DNA of 64,000 bases from an uncultured cyanobacterium (GTDB taxonomy: Bacteria; Cyanobacteriota; Cyanobacteriia; Cyanobacteriales; Cyanobacteriaceae): assembly GCA_963710605.1 (NCBI GenBank), contig CAVQBA010000006.1, positions 160,001 to 224,000 of the forward strand. The letters run 5' to 3'. The number at the start of each line of letters is the position of its first letter. The stretch's first letter is position 1. Position numbers and translations under genes: made by a program. The notes beneath the pieces are model-generated. The model was not told the DNA's origin and did no database searches. It saw only the letters and a list, made by a program, of their open reading frames with translations. This document shows, in pieces, positions 56,421 through 64,000 of this stretch.

Positions 56421-56550
56421 ACTCCCCTCTCCTTGAGGAGCGGTCAGACCCCGCGTCGGCGTAAGACGCAAGCGGTGAGACCCCGCGACGACTATAAGTC
56501 GCAAGGGAATGCTCACCAAGACGGGAACGCTGACCAAGACAGAGGGGCTG
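56421..56550. repeat. CCCCTCTCC-type REP carrying nested small repeats
   Basis: ctcccctctccttgagga...agaggggctgggggtgagg split by gcggt(c/g)agacccc...ggga..gct(g/c)accaagac units that also occur at 39838-39890. Confidence 0.7.
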
Positions 56551-56983
56551 GGGGTGAGGTAGTATTTTCAAACGTAGTAGAAGTTAAAGGCAAAGCGTAA
56601 TCAACAATTTTATTTAACACCATTTCCAAATTATCAAAAACTTCCTCATTAGTAAATCGAATCACAGTCAAACCATGAGACTTTAACCAATTTTCTCGAT
56701 CTAAATCTCTTTCTTTTTGCCTTGGTAAATCATGAATTTTACCATCAACCTCAATGACTAATTTGGCATTGTAACAATAAAAATCAACAATGTATTGTCC
56801 AATATTATGTTGACGACGAAATTTAGTATCAAATAGTCTTCTTCCTCTTAAACATTGCCATAATATTTGCTCAGCAGGAGTTTGTTTTTTTCTTAATTCT
56901 CTGGCTTTGGCTAATAATTCTCTAGGAATTTGACGGTTTGCACCTGCTATTTTACTTATTTCTAGTGGCTCTTTTTTGCTCAT
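56513..56983 (-). CDS. DUF559 (Vsr-like PD-(D/E)xK) endonuclease
   Basis: ARELRKKQTPAE, FRRQH, YIVDFYC, IEVDGKIH and IRFTNEEV. Confidence 0.9.
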   Translation of the reverse strand: MSKKEPLEISKIAGANRQIPRELLAKARELRKKQTPAEQILWQCLRGRRLFDTKFRRQHNIGQYIVDFYCYNAKLVIEVDGKIHDLPRQKERDLDRENWLKSHGLTVIRFTNEEVFDNLEMVLNKIVDYALPLTSTTFENTTSPPAPLSWSAFPSW

Positions 56984-57186
56984 CCTTAACTCTTTTTCCA
57001 CTGGAGTATTTGCCCTCATCCCTAACCCTTCTCCCACTGGGAGAAGGGGACAATATTCTTTCTGCGTCTTCATAACGCCATAAATCAATCTTAAAAGTAA
57101 AAGGTATTTTTTGCATACTCTTTATTTTTTCAACCTATAGATTAGCACAACAGAAAATGTATATCGATCGATTTGAGGAATTACTT

Positions 57187-57684
57187 ATGACTACTAAAAA
57201 TTTACAAAAATCAAAAACTATCTCAGAAGTTGTGAATATAGACAATTCCCAAGACGGTATTCTGACTTCTTCTTCTACTCAAGAACGTTTACAAATGATT
57301 GGTGCGATCGCACATCTGATGATTAATTCTCCTCTCCATCGTCAATACAACATCAGTGACATTGCCGAGCGATTTGTACCTGCAATGCTTCACAATCAAT
57401 TTCGCTATTACGAGATCGATGGTAACCCAATCGGTTTTGTTAACTGGGCATGGCTAACTGATGAAGTAGAACAAAAATTTATTGATGGGGCATATGTCTT
57501 AAATCTTGATGAATGGCAAGGAGGAAATAACTTATGGTTTCCCGAATTTATCGCTCCTTTTGGTCATGCACGATACATAGTCAAAGATTTACGTACCAAT
57601 ATTTTACCTAAAGGTACACCAGCTAAATCCTTTAAAATCAACCCCGATGGTAGTTTTAACACTATCTCTCACTGGAAAATATAA
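57187..57684 (+). CDS. RTX toxin-activating lysine acyltransferase (HlyC/RtxC family)
   Basis: SPLHR, PIGFVNWA, W..G..LWFPEFIAPFGH; GAGGA SD before ATG 57187. Confidence 0.92.
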   Translation: MTTKNLQKSKTISEVVNIDNSQDGILTSSSTQERLQMIGAIAHLMINSPLHRQYNISDIAERFVPAMLHNQFRYYEIDGNPIGFVNWAWLTDEVEQKFIDGAYVLNLDEWQGGNNLWFPEFIAPFGHARYIVKDLRTNILPKGTPAKSFKINPDGSFNTISHWKI

Positions 57685-57750
57685 TTCTTTCACTTCACAT
57701 TATGAAATTTTACGTTTAAGACATTAATTTAATTTATTTGGAGACATATC

Positions 57751-60700
57751 ATGGGGAAAGCAGTTAAAGCAGTCAAAAAAACCGTCAAGAAAGTTAGTAA
57801 CAAGGTTAACCCTTTCTATAAAAATGGCGGTAACCGCAACGATAGTTTTTCAATTTATGGTGCAGGTGCGGCTTATGGTAACGGAGGAAATGATACCCTC
57901 AGGGCTTATGCTATTTATGTCAAACTCAGTGGCGGTTGGGGTAATGATAATATTAAAGCCTATTCAGGTAGATCGGACTTGTACGGTGGCTCAGGTCATG
58001 ATTATATGGAAGCATGGGGGCTTTCTAACAAAATTAGAGGCGATTCAGGAAACGATACAATCAAAGCTCACGCCGCTCATAATGACATTTCAGGAGGAAC
58101 GGGACATGATAAAATCTACGCCTATGGTGGCTATAACAATGTCCGTGGTGATAGTAATAACGATCGTATTTATGCTTATGGTGCGGGTAATACAGTAGAT
58201 GGTGGTAGCGACAGTGACTATATTTATGCGGCGGCGGCTGGTAATTGGCTTTACGGCGGTTCGGGTAATGATACCATCGAAGCTCATGGTGGAGCGAATT
58301 TTATTTACGCAGGTTCTGATTACGATACTATTAGAGCTTACGGCGGTGCGAATATTATCGATGCTAATGACGATAGTGATTATGACAATATCGAAGCCTA
58401 TGGTGGTGCTAATGTAGTGAATGCAGGTGGTGGTAGCGATCGAATTATCGTCGGTGGTATCGGTAATAAGGTTAATGCAGGTAACGGTAATAACTATATT
58501 GAAGGTTATGGTGGTGCTAATGTAGTTAATACTGGTAGTGGAAACGATCGTATTATTGCAGGTGGTATCGGTAATGTAGTTAACGCAGGTAGTGGTAATA
58601 ACAGTATCGAAGCCTATGGCGGTGTCAATGTAGTTAATACTGGCTCAGGCAACGATAATATCACTGTCGGTGGCGGATTAAACGTCGTTGTTGCGGGTAC
58701 TGGAAACGATAAAATTAAAGCCTTTGGTGGTGCTAATGTTGTTTACACTTCAGGTGGTAATAACGAAATACTCGGTATCGGGCTTGGTGGTAACGTTTTT
58801 GTCAAAACAGGAAATGGTAATGACAAAATGTATGCCGCAGGTGGTTTAAATGTAATGGCTAAAGTCGCCGACGGCGATACCACAATGATGGTGGGAGGGT
58901 TATATAATATCCTGACTAAAATCGGTGACGGTGATGATACTTTTGTCACTTTAGGTAAAGGTAATCTTAATACTAAAATTGGTGATGGTAGCTCTTTAAT
59001 GCTCAGTGGCGGTTTATACAACATAACCACCTCATGGGGTGAAAGCAATGATTTAATCGCTTCAGTTGGTTTATCTAATGTAGCGATCGCTGGTGCTAAA
59101 GACGATAAAATATTTTTAGCAGGAATAGGAAACCTTGCCTTTGGTGATTCTTTAGCAATTTCTCTTGATAGCTTTAAAAGTGAAGAAAGCAAACAAGCAG
59201 GAAAAGATGCTAAAACAGATGAGGTAAATACGGGTGTTGATTGGGAAAGTGTAGTCAATAGCCTTACTGCTACCCTCGATGTTACTGGAGATGATTTGGT
59301 TGTCGCTTTGGGTTTAAATAACGCCGTAGTTGGCGGTAGAGGTGCGGATACATTAGTAACAATGGGACAAAATAATGTTTCTGTAGCTGATAATTTAACT
59401 GATGTAATTAATGATTTTAGTATCGATTTAACTAATCTTACTAATATCGGTGCTAACGTTATTCTTCCTGAATGGAATTTTGACTTTTCTCCTGAAGTAA
59501 CTCTTCCTGAGTTTAATTTCGATTTTTCTCCTGAAGTAATTTTGCCAGAATTTAATTTAGATTTAACTCCCTCTATTATTCTCCCTGAATGGAATTTTGA
59601 TTTTTCTCCTGAAATCAGTTTACCTACTTTCAGTGCTGACTTATTCCCTTCTATCACTTTACCAGAATGGAATTTAGATTTCGATCGTCTCAATTTTGAT
59701 TTTACTGGCGAAAATGACGATACTCAAGTTAGTCTTGGTTTAAACAATATCTTATTCAGTAATGACGGAAACGATCGAGTTTATGCAGTGGGTAAAAACA
59801 ATTTCATCCACAGTGGAGAAGGTGATGATTTAGTAACCAGTCTTGGATTAAATAATGTCATTGTTGGTGATGAAGGTGCGGATACAATCATTAATGTCGG
59901 TAAGAATAACTTGATTTTAGGTGATTATTTAGAAATACCTGATTTAAGTGATTTGACGATCGATTTATCGGGTTTTGGCTTTGACTTTAGTTTCCCAGAC
60001 ATCGACTTATCAGATTTTGGCTTTGATTTAGGTATTCCCACGATCGATTTATCGGGTTTTGGCTTTGACTTTGCTCTCCCCGATATTGACTTGTCAGGAT
60101 TAGGATTTGATTTTTCACTTCCCGATTTAGATTTATCAGGCTTCGGTTTTGACTTTGCTATTCCTGATTTAGACTTATCTGGTTTAGGATTCGATTTAAG
60201 TCTCGATTTTGAAGATATTATTCTTAGTGCTGGTACAAATAATATTGCTTATAGTGGTGGTGGTGATGACTTGACTGTAACCTATAGTCAAAATATTAAA
60301 AGTCAGGTACAAGAAAGCTCTGGTAACGACAACCAAAGCACTTTAACTAAACTAGCTAATATGGGTTGGAATGTCTCGCTATCTGGTGATGGTGATGATG
60401 TAACGATCGGTGTTGGTAACTATAATATGCTTAGTGGTGGTGATGGTGATGATAATCTTTGGGCAGGGCAACTACCAAAAATAAAAGATACTACTGGCGA
60501 TTCAACCTTAACTAATCTTAAAAACAGAGCTAGTAATTTATTAACCATCAAAAGATTAGCCACTGGTGCAATCGAATATATCGGCAGTGGTGATGAAGTT
60601 TCTGCAATACAAACGATCGCTGGTAAAAGTAATTTTAATATGTTGCTCGGTGGTGAAGGAAAAGATACTTTATGGAGTAAAGGTAAGGGTAATATTCTCC

Positions 60701-61320
60701 ATGGTGGTAAAGGTGACGATGTAATTTCTGCTAATGGGCATCTTAATATTGCTCTTGGTGGCGATGGTGATGATTACATTGAAACAACAGGATTATTTAG
60801 CTCGGTGCATGGTGGAGATGGCGATGATGCAATTTTTGTCCAAGATGTAGCCAGTCAAATTTATGGTGGTGATGGAGACGATTTGATCGGTTTAGGTGGC
60901 ATCAAAGGTGGTATTCTTAGTACTCTAGATGGTGGTAAAGGAAATGACACTTATGCGATCGATACTGATTTATTTCAACTCTCAACTTTAGCTAGTGCTA
61001 CTTATATCAATAATGATGGCGATAACAATAGTATAGATACTCTTTTGTTTGGTGGCGAAGTTACTGCAACAGAGATTAAATTTAGTCGCTTTGATAATAC
61101 AGATTTGGAAGTAGGCATTTTCGGTACTAACAGACATCTTATCCTTCAAGATTGGTATGAAAACGAAACTGGACGCATTGATACTTTCCAAATTAGTCAA
61201 GGTGCTAGTTTAGAGAAATCACAAGTTGAGCAGTTAGTAAATAATTGGGAAAACTTTGATACTGGTTTGATTAGTCAATCTCAATTAGATACTACGATTA
61301 ATAATAGTTGGATTGTTTAG
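57751..61320 (+). CDS. RTX/MARTX-like repeat protein, probable type I secretion substrate
   Basis: 18-aa GGxGxD..GGxN repeats, K(V/I)(G/A)DGD repeats, C-terminal nonapeptide repeats and a hemolysin-type tail LILQDWY..RIDTFQ. Confidence 0.85.
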   Translation: MGKAVKAVKKTVKKVSNKVNPFYKNGGNRNDSFSIYGAGAAYGNGGNDTLRAYAIYVKLSGGWGNDNIKAYSGRSDLYGGSGHDYMEAWGLSNKIRGDSGNDTIKAHAAHNDISGGTGHDKIYAYGGYNNVRGDSNNDRIYAYGAGNTVDGGSDSDYIYAAAAGNWLYGGSGNDTIEAHGGANFIYAGSDYDTIRAYGGANIIDANDDSDYDNIEAYGGANVVNAGGGSDRIIVGGIGNKVNAGNGNNYIEGYGGANVVNTGSGNDRIIAGGIGNVVNAGSGNNSIEAYGGVNVVNTGSGNDNITVGGGLNVVVAGTGNDKIKAFGGANVVYTSGGNNEILGIGLGGNVFVKTGNGNDKMYAAGGLNVMAKVADGDTTMMVGGLYNILTKIGDGDDTFVTLGKGNLNTKIGDGSSLMLSGGLYNITTSWGESNDLIASVGLSNVAIAGAKDDKIFLAGIGNLAFGDSLAISLDSFKSEESKQAGKDAKTDEVNTGVDWESVVNSLTATLDVTGDDLVVALGLNNAVVGGRGADTLVTMGQNNVSVADNLTDVINDFSIDLTNLTNIGANVILPEWNFDFSPEVTLPEFNFDFSPEVILPEFNLDLTPSIILPEWNFDFSPEISLPTFSADLFPSITLPEWNLDFDRLNFDFTGENDDTQVSLGLNNILFSNDGNDRVYAVGKNNFIHSGEGDDLVTSLGLNNVIVGDEGADTIINVGKNNLILGDYLEIPDLSDLTIDLSGFGFDFSFPDIDLSDFGFDLGIPTIDLSGFGFDFALPDIDLSGLGFDFSLPDLDLSGFGFDFAIPDLDLSGLGFDLSLDFEDIILSAGTNNIAYSGGGDDLTVTYSQNIKSQVQESSGNDNQSTLTKLANMGWNVSLSGDGDDVTIGVGNYNMLSGGDGDDNLWAGQLPKIKDTTGDSTLTNLKNRASNLLTIKRLATGAIEYIGSGDEVSAIQTIAGKSNFNMLLGGEGKDTLWSKGKGNILHGGKGDDVISANGHLNIALGGDGDDYIETTGLFSSVHGGDGDDAIFVQDVASQIYGGDGDDLIGLGGIKGGILSTLDGGKGNDTYAIDTDLFQLSTLASATYINNDGDNNSIDTLLFGGEVTATEIKFSRFDNTDLEVGIFGTNRHLILQDWYENETGRIDTFQISQGASLEKSQVEQLVNNWENFDTGLISQSQLDTTINNSWIV

Positions 61321-61534
61321 TAATACCAAGTTTATTAAATAAGGCTACAGATAGAATAGCTCCCCCCAACCCCCTTACAAAGGGGGCTTATGTTAACGCT
61401 TTGGATGAATACTAATAAATAGAGCTTGTAGTAATGACCTGAGTCATTAAATTATTCTCAAATTAAAATAAAGTTACTATAACCTCTGTTCGCTCAACAC
61501 ACGAGAAAAAGATTTTATTATTTAGAAATCGATC

Positions 61535-64000
61535 TTAGATTGCTTTACCAATTAGTGTAAAAGCCGCCCAGTTATACGGTTCAGGATATTTTTCTTTTAT
61601 TGTCAGCATCGCTTGGCGTAAAGCCTGAGCTTTATTCGGGTTAGATTCAAGATTTTGATAGAATTCAACCATTAATTCAGCCGTAGGACTATCTGGAACT
61701 GACCATAAGGAGGCAACCACAGTAGGAACACCATTAATAAGAAAAGGGCGAGCTAATCCGATTACTCCTTCCGTAGAAGTTTCTCCTAATCCAGTATCAC
61801 AGGCACTCAAAACTATTAAATTAGCATTTAGATCGAGACCATAAATTTCTGCTTCATCTAATAAACCGTCATCTTGATCAGATGGAGTAAATGCCAATAC
61901 GTCAATTCCTTCTTTTTGTATTTGACAAAGCTCAATTAATTTTATAGTTGAATTGTATGGTGTATCACTATCAATATTATGTCCCTCGTTGTAATCTTGA
62001 CATTGTGGGCTGAAAATTTTCGCATTTAGAACTCCATGGGTTGCAAAGTGTACTATTTTTGCTTCAGATATTCTGTTCGTAACTTCTGTTTCAGTTGCGT
62101 CTTTACCCAATAAAGGTTTGGTATTAAGTATCTGTGCAATAGTTCTAGCTTCTTTTTCTGCTCCAGGTAGTGAAATAAGTTCTTGCTCTGTTCCTTCCAC
62201 AGTATTTGCAATAGTTACTTCAGGCATTATAGGATTACCAACAACTAAAGCCTTTGTGTTTGTCAATGAATTATTTCCATTCGCATTTAAAAGCTCAAGT
62301 ATTTTGAGAGAAGGAATACTACTAATAGTATGCTTATCAATTAAATATTGTCCTTTTGAATCTTGTAATGCTGCAAATGAAACAGTATGTAATTCTTCAT
62401 CTGGAACGAAGATGATTCTGTTCTTCTGTATTATCTGGCAATAAATCTTCTATAGGTTCAATTATAATTTCAGACAAAGAGCGTAAACAATTGTTTTGTT
62501 CGTGGCAGTTCAACTGTTGCTCAGAGATAGAACGCTTTTGTTTATTTATCCCTCTAGTTTCTGTAACAGCAGATTGAATTAAAGAAGAAAAATGGACGTT
62601 GCTAAATTCTTTTGTATTAGAAAAAGACAAATTAGTGGAACTATTTTGACAAGAAGAAAGAGTTAACAATGGAATGCAAAGAATCAGTGCACCCTTGGAT
62701 AATTTATGACCTTTAAATTTGTAACAAATAAAGAGATAAAATATTATTAATATGGTAAAAAAAGTAGCTAACGAAGTTTTTTGAGTAGATTTAGAGATCG
62801 ATAAGTTATTACCCAAATTCAAATGAATTTGACGTAAGTTTATTACTCCTTCAGAATTGATTACCCAGATGGCAAGTTTCTCTTCTGTTAACATCGAGTA
62901 ATAAACAATAGTGCTACTGTTTTCTTTCGCAATTTGCTTAATTTTATCGATAGTAAGTGTATCAAATCGTTTGTAATTAGTATTAAGTTGCTCTGATAAT
63001 AAAATTGCCATCGCTCCAGTTCTACGTTCTTCTGCAAATTCTAAAGCTTTTTCATAATTACCCTGTTCAATATTCAGTTCTTGTAATCCATCGTATAGAA
63101 ATTCGTATGTATGATAAACTGAAGTAACTTGATTTGTGACTCCTAGAAATGGATTTGTTCCTCTATTACTTGTATATTTTTGAACAAGAAAATCTTCTCT
63201 TTCTTTAAACATTTGATATGTTTTGTCAAAATGTAATTTGGCTTTTTTAATTTTATTTTGACGTAATAATGAATATCCTAAACCAGTAGAGTCCATAATA
63301 GGGTAATTTACTAGATCGGAAGAATCTTCATTTGTAGAAGGATATTTTTGTTCTAATTCAATCCGTGTGTTTTTTGCCTTTGTATAATATTTAACCGCTA
63401 AGTCATAATCTTGATCTAAAAAGGCTAATTGAGCTATTCGTGTAGAAAATTTAGCTCTTTCTATCTCTATCATTTTTTGTCCAAGAGCAGAATCGACTTC
63501 ACCTCCTACTCTCATAATTTCACGACTCGTTTCTTCAATTCGATGTCTCTGTTCTGCTTTTTTAGTTGTAGAAATTGCTTTTTTATAGTTACCTAATTGT
63601 TCATAAATAGATGCCAAACTACTATAAGCCACATGTGTGGTTATTTCTGGATTTGACTTTTGTAATTCTTGCTGTATCTCTAAGCTTAGTTGACAATATT
63701 TTTCTGCACTACTCCAATCCTCAATTTCAAAAGCCGCCGCACATAATTGACTAGCGATATTCTGAGCAAAAAAGAGACTATTTGGATTATCAATATTTTG
63801 CTGTAAAATTGATAGTGATTTTTTTAAATTGGCAATTGCAGCTTTTTTTTCTTCTAAAGAACCATAATATAGAGGAAGTTCTGTCTTTTTTACTAATTGT
63901 TCTGCTTCCTTATTCAAGTTTCTTGCTGAGTTAGACTGAATAGCAGGGGAAGGTGTAGTAGAGAAAGGTATCTTCTGATACCAATCTATTTTTACATCAG
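61535..64000 (-). CDS. TPR + CHAT (caspase-like) protein; frameshift at about 62416; 5' end outside the window
   Basis: TPR helices, ALEFAEERR, HFATHG, VLSACDTG, SLWSV and WAAF; the frame is open to the window edge. Confidence 0.88.

Noticed and set aside
58743-59693. 316-aa antisense ORF inside the RTX gene
   Set aside because: Mirror of the repetitive sense protein with no independent family signature or SD, unlike the 23405-23938 case.

Overview
AT-rich cyanobacterial chromosome segment. HIP1/CGATCG sites are abundant, and psbU, cruF, cruP-like and Yfr1 are present. The gene content and short repeats suggest a unicellular Cyanobacterium/Geminocystis-like organism (inference). Most of the window is housekeeping: dxs, trxA, hisF, cbiD, holA, moeA, fabF-acpP, katG, secA, a proA-like gene and tRNA-Lys. 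Four accessory loci stand out. (1) 45.6-47.7 kb: a tRNA-shaped RNA whose anticodon loop is replaced by a 52-nt structured insert, then a second structured RNA sharing a UUCCUU motif, both directly upstream of a probable ROT/TROVE-like + TerD-domain gene. This is a candidate Ro/Y-RNA-like ribonucleoprotein system. (2) 21.7-25.8 kb: fragments of a giant secreted Ig/beta-propeller/HEXXH protein next to tRNA-Lys, with a complete pentapeptide-repeat gene nested antisense, in codon register, inside a frame that stays open. (3) 57.2-61.3 kb: an rtxC-rtxA-like acyltransferase plus an effector-less mini-MARTX-like protein with unusual acidic/aromatic repeats. (4) A REP-flanked DUF559 nuclease, nested tiny repeats and MITEs. 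Several frameshifts, including two in the essential dxs, lie at or near GATC/GGCC motifs and are probably sequencing errors.
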